Source of the DNA: Actinomycetes bacterium
GTDB lineage: Bacteria > Actinomycetota > Acidimicrobiia > Acidimicrobiales > GCA-2861595
Direction: 5' to 3'
Length of the DNA stretch: 64,000 nt
NCBI GenBank assembly: GCA_023264975.1
Contig: JAHFUS010000008.1
Span: forward strand, 7,219 to 71,218
The position numbers were made by a program, and so were the translations under genes. A model generated the notes under the pieces. The model was not told the DNA's origin, did no database searches, and saw only the letters and a list, made by a program, of their open reading frames with translations. Positions 9,602-16,314 of this stretch are shown here, in pieces. Each line of letters opens with the position of its first letter. Within the stretch, counting starts at the first letter, position 1.

Positions 9602-10438
9602 TCAGAGGAACGAGTCGAGAACCTCGTTGATCCCGGCCAGCACCGGTCCGTCGCCCAGCGAGATGCCGGCGCCGGCGCGGTCGGCCTCAACGATCCCGGG
9701 GTCGTCGGGGACGATCCCGGCCAGGGGGATACCAAAGCCGCGGGCGGCGTCGTGGAAGGTGACGGGGTCGAGTTGGCGCCCCTTGTTGCCGACGAGGGCG
9801 ACCCGCTCGATCCCGTGCCTGGTCGCCATGGTGAACATCCGCTCAGCGGTGACGGAGGACTTGCGGCTCGGTTCCATCACGATCAGCAGCAGGTCGGTGT
9901 GCGCCACCGTGCCACTCGATCGCTCCAGGTGATCGAGGCCGGCTTCGAGGTCGAGCAGGGCGACGTCGGCCTCGCCGTCGAGCGCCGCTGCCAACAGGCC
10001 GCGCGAGGACGCGTGGGCCGGGCACCAGCATCCCCCGGGGTCGTCGCTGACGCGCATGGCGTGGAGGAGGGTGACGCCCGACGGCGTGGTGGTCCCGAAG
10101 CTGGTTACCAGCTGGTCGGTCGTGACGGCGCCGCCTCCCCAGCCGGCCACCAACGCCCGGGGCACCTCTCGCGCCTGGTCCACTGCGGCCTGCGAGAGCC
10201 CCAGGCTGATGCCCAGGTTCGGACTCACGTCGGTGTCGACGGCCAGCGTGCGCAGTCCCCGCGACGCGCAGGCCATGGCCACCAGCGCGGTGACGGTGGT
10301 CTTTCCCGAACCGGTCTTGCCCGTGACACCGACTCTGATGGCTCCGGCCTCCTGCGTGGCTGGCGTTGCAAGCTTGCGGCGGCGACCATAGCCAGTGTGT
10401 GCAAGGACGCGCTGTTCCGGGCGGGCACCGGGCTCCAT
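9602..10438 (-). CDS. CooC-type (MinD/ParA superfamily) nickel-insertion accessory ATPase
   Basis: Deviant Walker A GVTGKTGSGKTT, and the CxC metal motif PGGCWCPAH expected of CooC. The start is ambiguous. ATG at 10438 is used here. A strong AGGAGG lies 8 nt before an ATC at 10339, which would give the canonical (M)RVGVTGK N-terminus. Confidence 0.7.
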   Translation of the reverse strand: MEPGARPEQRVLAHTGYGRRRKLATPATQEAGAIRVGVTGKTGSGKTTVTALVAMACASRGLRTLAVDTDVSPNLGISLGLSQAAVDQAREVPRALVAGWGGGAVTTDQLVTSFGTTTPSGVTLLHAMRVSDDPGGCWCPAHASSRGLLAAALDGEADVALLDLEAGLDHLERSSGTVAHTDLLLIVMEPSRKSSVTAERMFTMATRHGIERVALVGNKGRQLDPVTFHDAARGFGIPLAGIVPDDPGIVEADRAGAGISLGDGPVLAGINEVLDSFL

Positions 10439-10808
10439 CGACGACTCCATCGACGACGCCCTCGACGTGTTCCCCCCGCTGCGCAGGCTGCTCGACCGGC
10501 CCGCCGGCCTGCTCTCCGGTGGCCAGGCCCAGCAGCTGGCGATCGCCCGGGCGTTGGTCTCGAAGGCCCAGGTGCTGGTGCTCGACGAGCCCACCGAGGG
10601 CATCCAGCCGTCGATCATCATCGAGATCGAGGACGCCATAGCCGGCCTGCACGCGGCGGGGATGACGATCCTGCTGGTGGAGCAGTACGTGGAGTTCGCC
10701 CTGCGTCTGGCGCAGCGTCACGCGGTGATGGACGGCGGCCTCATCGCCCACTCGGGCGACACGGCGTCGGTCGACCTGGCCACGTTCTCGGATCTGCTCG
10801 CCGTCTGA
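10395..10808 (+). pseudogene. 3' fragment of a urea/branched-chain-type ABC ATPase (UrtE/LivF-like); the Walker A half is missing
   Basis: It encodes only LSGGQAQQLAIARAL, VLVLDEPTEGIQPSII and LLVEQY (signature, Walker B, H-loop). The upstream DNA is occupied by the opposite-strand CooC-like gene, and no Walker A is present in any + frame. Confidence 0.7.
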
Positions 10809-10811
10809 GAA

Positions 10812-11693
10812 TCAGCCCAGCCGGTCGCGCAGCAGGGCGGCCGCCTCCAGGGGGTCGCCGTAGTTGAGGCGCCATGCCTGCGCCTTGCGGGCCAGGGTGG
10901 CGAGCAGGTGGAAGGACTCGGTCGGGTGCTTGTAGTGGTTGAACGAGCGCTGGAACAACCAGGTCATGGCCTCGCCCCGGGGCGCCGGCGTCAGCTCGCA
11001 TCCTCGGGCGTCGCCGTCGAGGGCCGGTTGGAGGTGGACGATATGGGCCAGGTCGAGGGGTGCCGTCACCGTGCGCGCGCCAATCTGGTCGGCGGTGATG
11101 GCGACCTCGCCGTCTCCGAGCTCGATGCCGGCGATGTCGTCGAGTGCCACGGCGTGGCGACTCCACGGTGAGAGGGCGAGGGCGCGCGGGTAGGGGACCG
11201 GACGCCTCGTGGCCGGGTCGACGCACAGGGCCTCGTCGGACACGTAGTCGAAGCCGGCCACAAGCCCGGCGGCGGCGAACGTCGTCTTGCCGGTGCCCGA
11301 CGGTGCCGGGAAGGCGATGGCCGACGAACCGGAAGCGACGACGCCGGCATGCACAGCCAAGCCGGCGAAGGCGTCGATGGCGGCCTCGTTGACGGCCGTG
11401 AGGACCGCCGCCAGAGCGACGCCCGGCGGACCCGACACGTCGAGCTCGCCGGTGGTGGCGTGCAGGCAGCGGTCGTGGCCGTGCCGCTCACATCCGTCGA
11501 CGACCGCGTACCGCTTGGCCGAAGCCGGCCCACCGGCGACCTTCGGGAACGCCTCGAACAGCTGCGCGATGGCGGCGGCCACCTCGTTCGACGTGCAGGT
11601 GATCCGGAACGCTGTGCCGAGCAACTCCCAGGTGACGTCGTGGACGGATTCCCCGACGACAGGGCCGGCGGTATCGCCCCTGCCCGGCGTCAC
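10812..11693 (-). CDS. HprK-related (HPr kinase-like) P-loop serine kinase of the RiPP-accessory type
   Basis: P-loop FPAPSGTGKTT followed by GFDYVSDEAL. The GTG start overlaps the PqqD stop (GTGA, 11693-11690). No HPr or PTS context is present. Confidence 0.7.
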   Translation of the reverse strand: MTPGRGDTAGPVVGESVHDVTWELLGTAFRITCTSNEVAAAIAQLFEAFPKVAGGPASAKRYAVVDGCERHGHDRCLHATTGELDVSGPPGVALAAVLTAVNEAAIDAFAGLAVHAGVVASGSSAIAFPAPSGTGKTTFAAAGLVAGFDYVSDEALCVDPATRRPVPYPRALALSPWSRHAVALDDIAGIELGDGEVAITADQIGARTVTAPLDLAHIVHLQPALDGDARGCELTPAPRGEAMTWLFQRSFNHYKHPTESFHLLATLARKAQAWRLNYGDPLEAAALLRDRLG

Positions 11694-11974
11694 CCCCCGG
11701 CCGGCATAAGCAGGCCGTCGTCGCGCAAACGGCCGACGGTGGCGGCCACCTCGGCCCGAATGGACTCGGGGGTGGCGCCGTAGGCGACGGCCAGGGCGGC
11801 GACCACCCCGTCGAGGGTGAGCTCGCCGTCGCTGAGGCGCCAGACGTCGGCCGCCGTGGCGTTGAGGACGTAGACCTGGCTCGAGTCGGGATGGAGGAGG
11901 GCGATGCTCTCGTCGACCTCGGTCTCGACCACGCCGTGAACGGCTGGCCCGACCCTCGCACCGGCGTCGTCCAC
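11690..11974 (-). CDS. PqqD-family peptide chaperone (RiPP recognition element)
   Basis: 94 aa. SIALLHPDSSQVYVLNATAADVWRLSDGELTLDGVVAALAVAYG...IRAEVAATVGRLRDDGLL matches the PqqD/RRE winged-helix pattern. GTG start. Confidence 0.75.
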   Translation of the reverse strand: MDDAGARVGPAVHGVVETEVDESIALLHPDSSQVYVLNATAADVWRLSDGELTLDGVVAALAVAYGATPESIRAEVAATVGRLRDDGLLMPAGG

Positions 11975-12034
11975 GGTGCCGAGGCTACCGCTGTGGGGCG
12001 GCGGTGGTCTGGCGGACGGCAGTCAGCAATACGA

Positions 12035-12063
12035 TTGACTCATATTGGAAGAATTGCTACGCT
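12035..12063 (+). promoter_or_regulatory. Candidate sigma-70-type promoter (TTGACT-N17-TACGCT) facing the Tat-signal mini-ORF
   Basis: Hexamers read directly: TTGACT at 12035-12040, TACGCT at 12058-12063, 17-nt spacer. They lie inside a ~54% GC island; adjacent coding sequence is visibly more GC-rich. Confidence 0.3.
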
Positions 12064-12137
12064 GAGCGGTCAAGCGACCATTTCCCTTATCGAGCGGAAA
12101 CTCTGCGTGTCGAGGAAGCAGTGCTCACCGGACGTGT

Positions 12138-12157
12138 CAGAAGTTCTCTGACTTCTG
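12138..12157. repeat. Perfect 7-bp inverted repeat CAGAAGT-N6-ACTTCTG in the divergent control region
   Basis: Read directly. It lies between the candidate promoter and the ATG at 12224, so it could be an operator or a 5'-UTR hairpin. Confidence 0.5.
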
Positions 12158-12223
12158 GTTTGAGACCCGGATTTCGGGGAATAGATATGCGATCAGTGGC
12201 AGTCAAACTACTGGGGGCGGTAC

Positions 12224-12412
12224 ATGGACGAGAAGCGTGACGGTGGGTTGTCCCGGCGGGACGCGCTGAAGAGGGGCGCCGTCGTTGCCAGTGCGGCGTG
12301 GATCGCGCCGGCAGTGATGGCGCTGCCTGTGAGCAGCGCTTCGGCTGACTCCCCGAGTGGGACGTCGACGAAGCCGAAGAAGACCAAGGTGCACCTGCTG
12401 GGGAACCGCTAG
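12224..12412 (+). CDS. 62-aa mini-protein with twin-arginine (Tat) signal and a 21-aa Ser/Thr/Lys-rich tail
   Basis: GGGGGCGG lies 4 nt before the ATG. SRRDALK fits the S/T-R-R-x-F-L-K consensus. A hydrophobic region ends in ASA, leaving DSPSGTSTKPKKTKVHLLGNR. Third-codon positions are GC-rich, consistent with coding. Confidence 0.5.
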   Translation: MDEKRDGGLSRRDALKRGAVVASAAWIAPAVMALPVSSASADSPSGTSTKPKKTKVHLLGNR

Positions 12413-12455
12413 CACCGAGCCGTTCGGCGGCTGCGCTCCACCGCCGCCGGCATCG

Positions 12456-13667
12456 TCAGTGCGTGTGGCGCCGCTCCTCGGCGGCGATGGCCTCGAGGAA
12501 CTCTTGGCGGTCCGCATCCGAGCCTTCGTCATGGCGAGGCGAGTTCAGGCTGGTCGGGTCCATGTCGGGAGCGAATGGCGCCAGCGACAGCCTCGCCCTC
12601 GGTGGTAGGGCGGCGCGCAGCCGGCGCCGGAACTCGATCGCGGTCGACGCCGTGCCGGCGCGGGCGGACCGGGACAGGAGCAGGGCGATGGAGCGGCTCC
12701 CGCCGGACCGGGCAGGCGGGGCGACCAGGTCCACCGCCCCGCCCGCCACCAGATAGGCGCGCCCGCCCGCCATCGCCTCGGGCACGCCCGCGGGCACGGG
12801 CACGGCGAGGACCCTCCGGGCCCGGCTCAAGGCGAGGGCGACCGCCGGCCCCATGCCCCAGGAGCGGGCGCGGGCGACCAGGTCGTCCCAGTTCGCACCG
12901 CCGGCGATGACCCGTTCCAGGTCCTTGAGCCACACCAACCGGTGCCCACCTGACAGCGTGGCGTGCGCGCCCAGGTGGACGAGGGTGTCGAGCGGGTCGA
13001 GTGTGCGTATGGCCGTCCCCCCCACCCGGGCCGGTCGTGCCCGTTCCGCCAACTCGGCCATCGACGGCCTGAAGGTCCGCCGCACGGCCGGTCCGGTGAA
13101 CAGGTGCCAGTGGAGGTCGAGGAGCGTTTCGTGGCGGAGCCGGAGCAGCACTTCGCCCACCTGGAGCTCGCGCAGGAGCCGCCAGTTGCGGTCGAGCAGG
13201 GTCGCGCCCTGCTCCCCGAGTGCGGTCAGGACGTCGCCCACGGCACTGGCGGGCACCACGACGTCGAGATCCGAGTACGAGCGGAGATCGGGCCGGGTGT
13301 AGTGCAGCTCGGCCAGGACCGGCCCCTTCACCACCAGCCACGACACGCCCAGGGCGTCGAGGGTAGGGCCCAGCTGGGCCAGGTCGCCGAGCGCCCGCAC
13401 GTGGCGGTCCACGCCGCGGTGGTGGGCGGCGGCCAGCCCGGCGAAGCGCCCGGCGCTGACGACCGGGGCCAGGCTGTGGTGCACGCATCCGCTGACACCG
13501 TGGAACTCGGCGGCGGCGGCCACCCGGTCAGGTCCGGCCAGGTCGGCCAGTGCCGCCACACCGTCCGGCGCCGTGGCCCAGTCGTGTTCGGTCACGCATC
13601 GCCGGAGGAGCCGGGCCGTCGCCGTGGCCGCGCCCAGCACTCGGGACCGGCGGGCCGGCCCCGTCAC
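12456..13667 (-). CDS. Nucleotidyltransferase family protein (uncharacterised NTP_transf_5 / PF14907 type)
   Basis: YSDLDVVVP and LLDLHWHLF motifs. GTG at 13667 overlaps the CHAT gene stop (GTGA, 13667-13664), so I prefer this start to the 466-aa ORF start. Confidence 0.75.
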   Translation of the reverse strand: MTGPARRSRVLGAATATARLLRRCVTEHDWATAPDGVAALADLAGPDRVAAAAEFHGVSGCVHHSLAPVVSAGRFAGLAAAHHRGVDRHVRALGDLAQLGPTLDALGVSWLVVKGPVLAELHYTRPDLRSYSDLDVVVPASAVGDVLTALGEQGATLLDRNWRLLRELQVGEVLLRLRHETLLDLHWHLFTGPAVRRTFRPSMAELAERARPARVGGTAIRTLDPLDTLVHLGAHATLSGGHRLVWLKDLERVIAGGANWDDLVARARSWGMGPAVALALSRARRVLAVPVPAGVPEAMAGGRAYLVAGGAVDLVAPPARSGGSRSIALLLSRSARAGTASTAIEFRRRLRAALPPRARLSLAPFAPDMDPTSLNSPRHDEGSDADRQEFLEAIAAEERRHTH

Positions 13668-15943
13668 GTCGCGGGAGCGGGAGCGGCGGCGGCGGCGGCC
13701 TCCGGCTCGGTGAGGCGCAGGTGGGCCCAGCAGTGCGCGGTGTAGACGAGCCCGAAGAGGTTGCCCGACGCCAGGAAGTCGAAGCGGGCGGCCTGGAGGG
13801 CGGCGCCGATCTGTGCGTCGGGCTGCAGGAGGGCAGCGAAGAAGGCCTCGGCCCACGCCATGGCCTGGAGTTGGGGCACCTTCACTTCGGTGCCGATCAC
13901 CCCGACCGCGTTGCCGCCCCCCACGAAGGCGTCGACGTACGACACCAGGGTGGCCGGCGTGATCTCGAGCGAGTGGCAGGCGTTGATGACGACGAGCGGC
14001 CGCACCCGGTCCCAGATGACCTTGTTCTCGGCGAAGCCGGCGTCGAAGAGGTCGATGAGCTCGGTGGCCGTGATCTGCTCACGGTCGCCGACGGACAAGA
14101 AGGTGTCCGGGCTGCCGACCTGGTCCTTGTCGCCGTGGCAGTAGAAGTAGACAACCGGCAGGTCGGCCGACAAGAGGCCGAGGATGTCCTTCTTGGCGGC
14201 GCTCTCCTGCACCAGCACCCCGGCGAAGCGGGACTCGAACAGCGACCGCAGCTTCTGCACGTGGGCGGCCAGCGCCTTCTGGTCGACCTTCCTCGACTCG
14301 CCGACGGCCACCACCGCCTCGGGCGCGACCGGTATCGACGCAGTGGGGTCCTTGGAGGATGCGGGGGCCTCGATCATCTGGGTGAAGCCCCAAAAGCCGA
14401 ACGGGCAGAGCAGGTCCTTGGTGTGAGGCACGTCACCCGCCCGGGGGCAGGTGTCTGTGGGCCCGGCGACAAGGGGGCTGCGCTCGTCCCACTCCGTCAC
14501 CAGGGGGCACACGGGCACGTCGCGGACGTCGTCCGGCAGGCCGATCTCGTAGAGGTAGTTCCACGGCACGGTGAAGCGGACGTTGCGGGGCCGGGCGATG
14601 TGCACGATGGGCCTGGGTGACGTACGACGCAGCTCGCCGAGCACGTCGCGCGCCTGGAGGAACAACTGGCGGTAGAGCTGGCGGCCGAGCGGGGCCAGCT
14701 CCCGCAGGTCGTCGACGAGGTCCTCCTTCGTGCGCATCCGCTGGTCGGCGGCCCGGTAGACAAGGGCCTTGCGCAGGTCGCCCACCAGCGGGCCGATGGT
14801 GTCGTCGGGCAGCGAGAAGGCGGTGGCCTCCGCCGGCATCTCGCCAGGGGGGCGCAGCACGATGCCGTGGGCACCCCCGTCGTTCGTGTTGGTGACGATG
14901 CTGAAGCGAGGCGTGTCGGGGATGGTCTCGAGGTCGTCGAGTGCGGCCGACGCTGTGTAGTCGGTGGTGATGGTGAAGCCACCCGGTCCATCGAGGTCGG
15001 TGACGAGGACCTGTGACTGCACCGGAGCGTCGCGGTAGTAGTAGCCGATGCGGGCCCGTGCCGGGCCGGCCGCCGGCACCCGGAGGGCGACGTCGATCCA
15101 CGGCTGACCGCTGTCCAGCGCGGTCGCCGGGCTGCCGTCGGCAGGCAGATGGAACGCCTGCTCCACCGAGCGCTGGTCCCGGTCGAGGTCGTCGAACGTC
15201 GTCGCCACTGCGAAGTCGGCGCTGGTCACCAACACCCGCAGTTCGAGGTCGCGCTTGGGGAGCACTTCGTCGGGGAAGGCGACGGGCCCGGTCACGTGGG
15301 TGCCTCGGTCGAGAGGGCCGATGCTGAGGCGGAGGCGGAGATCGGCATGGGGAACCAGGGGAAGCGCCTCGTCGAGCCGTTCGCCTCCGCTGTCGGCGAC
15401 GACCGCGTTCGCGTACCTGGTGCGGGCCCGGACGGCGCGGGCGGGCGAGGGGGACTGGGGGCCCGGGAGCGGCGCGGGCGGCTTGCTCCTCGGCTTGGCC
15501 GGTGCCGGAGATGCTGGTGGAGGCAGGTTGCGACGAACGGGAGGTGAAGGCGGTAGTGCTGCGTCGGGAGTGTGGGGCGCGCCGCCGGGAAGGGACCGCG
15601 GAACCGGCTCCGGGATGAAGAGCTCGCCGGTCGGCAAGGGGTCCTCGTACGGCGGGACCGGAGGGAGGGGAGCGCTCTGGGGCGGCGAAGCCCCGGGCGT
15701 CGCGGCCGCGGGCTGAGCGGACTCTGGCGGGTGGGCCGGCACCGGCGGCGCCGACGGCGGGCCGGGCGAAGGAGGGGCGCCGACGGCGGGGCCGTGGCGC
15801 CGGCCGAGACGCGGCAGCCGGAAGCGGGGGAGCCTGGACGGCCCGCCGACGGTGGTGGGGCCTCCGGTCGAGCCCGGCCCGCGGAACAGACCGGAGAGGG
15901 CGGCCCCCACCGCCCTGATCCTGGCCAGCAGCCACTCGACCAT
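13664..15943 (-). CDS. CHAT-domain (caspase-like) protease with N-terminal helix, ~140-aa proline-rich spacer and an unassigned middle region
   Basis: C-terminal ~200 aa carry the His motif VVYFYCHGD and the Cys motif LVVINACHS. They are preceded by LCPFGFWGF. I recognised no TPR, NACHT or SAVED sensor. Confidence 0.8.
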   Translation of the reverse strand: MVEWLLARIRAVGAALSGLFRGPGSTGGPTTVGGPSRLPRFRLPRLGRRHGPAVGAPPSPGPPSAPPVPAHPPESAQPAAATPGASPPQSAPLPPVPPYEDPLPTGELFIPEPVPRSLPGGAPHTPDAALPPSPPVRRNLPPPASPAPAKPRSKPPAPLPGPQSPSPARAVRARTRYANAVVADSGGERLDEALPLVPHADLRLRLSIGPLDRGTHVTGPVAFPDEVLPKRDLELRVLVTSADFAVATTFDDLDRDQRSVEQAFHLPADGSPATALDSGQPWIDVALRVPAAGPARARIGYYYRDAPVQSQVLVTDLDGPGGFTITTDYTASAALDDLETIPDTPRFSIVTNTNDGGAHGIVLRPPGEMPAEATAFSLPDDTIGPLVGDLRKALVYRAADQRMRTKEDLVDDLRELAPLGRQLYRQLFLQARDVLGELRRTSPRPIVHIARPRNVRFTVPWNYLYEIGLPDDVRDVPVCPLVTEWDERSPLVAGPTDTCPRAGDVPHTKDLLCPFGFWGFTQMIEAPASSKDPTASIPVAPEAVVAVGESRKVDQKALAAHVQKLRSLFESRFAGVLVQESAAKKDILGLLSADLPVVYFYCHGDKDQVGSPDTFLSVGDREQITATELIDLFDAGFAENKVIWDRVRPLVVINACHSLEITPATLVSYVDAFVGGGNAVGVIGTEVKVPQLQAMAWAEAFFAALLQPDAQIGAALQAARFDFLASGNLFGLVYTAHCWAHLRLTEPEAAAAAAPAPAT

Positions 15944-16210
15944 TCAGTCTCCGCCCAGCCATCTGGTGTCCTTCAGAACGGTGACCCCGAGGATCAGGTA
16001 GCCGAAGAAGCCGACGAAGAGGCCGATGCTGTACCAGGCGAACAGGCGGGCGCCGTCGAACATGGTCGTCACGGCTGCGCCGCCAACGGCGCCGATCACC
16101 GAGGCGATGTCGGAGATGGCCACCGCCTCTCTGGAGCGGCGCAACGTGCGGTAGGTCACCCAGCCGATCACCACGCCGAAGCACCACGCGCCAGCGGCTT
16201 GGGTCTGCAT
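15944..16210 (-). CDS. Small (88 aa) predicted three-helix membrane protein, first gene of the CHAT operon
   Basis: Three hydrophobic stretches: WCFGVVIGWVTY, IASVIGAVGGAAVTTMF, WYSIGLFVGFFGYLILGVTVL. Its stop is directly followed by the CHAT start (TGAATG, 15946-15941). Confidence 0.6.
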   Translation of the reverse strand: MQTQAAGAWCFGVVIGWVTYRTLRRSREAVAISDIASVIGAVGGAAVTTMFDGARLFAWYSIGLFVGFFGYLILGVTVLKDTRWLGGD

Positions 16211-16314
16211 TCGGCCAACCCCTGTTCTCCGCCCGCCAGGACGGTCGCCGTCAACGTAGCCTTGGCGGCGGCCGTCGACTCGGCCCGCCGGACGCCGGGT
16301 AGGGTGGCGCCCCT

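Noticed and set aside
9221-10867. 548-aa plus-strand ORF across the GlsB, CooC and urtE-remnant region
   Set aside because: It is a different frame from the motif-bearing GlsB and UrtE-like ORFs and antisense to CooC. The sequence is Arg/Gly/Pro-rich.
12087-12206. 39-codon minus-strand ORF (TTG...TAA) in the AT-rich region, ending STASSTRRVSAR; considered as an alternative RiPP precursor upstream of PqqD
   Set aside because: It has a TTG start without a Shine-Dalgarno sequence, many codons that are rare for a high-GC genome (ata, tct, att, cga, aat), and no conservation evidence available to me. I keep it only as something to include in peptide assays.
12203-12532. 109-aa minus-strand ORF antisense to the Tat-signal mini-ORF
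   Set aside because: It is Arg/Pro-rich and overlaps the 3' end of the nucleotidyltransferase gene in another frame. The plus-strand mini-ORF has the better RBS and a recognisable signal.
9602-16210. Calling the region a complete lasso-peptide biosynthetic gene cluster
   Set aside because: I found no Asn-synthetase-like cyclase, no transglutaminase-like B2 peptidase, no ABC exporter, and no precursor with the usual leader Thr / core Gly-Asp/Glu spacing. Only accessory-type genes are present.
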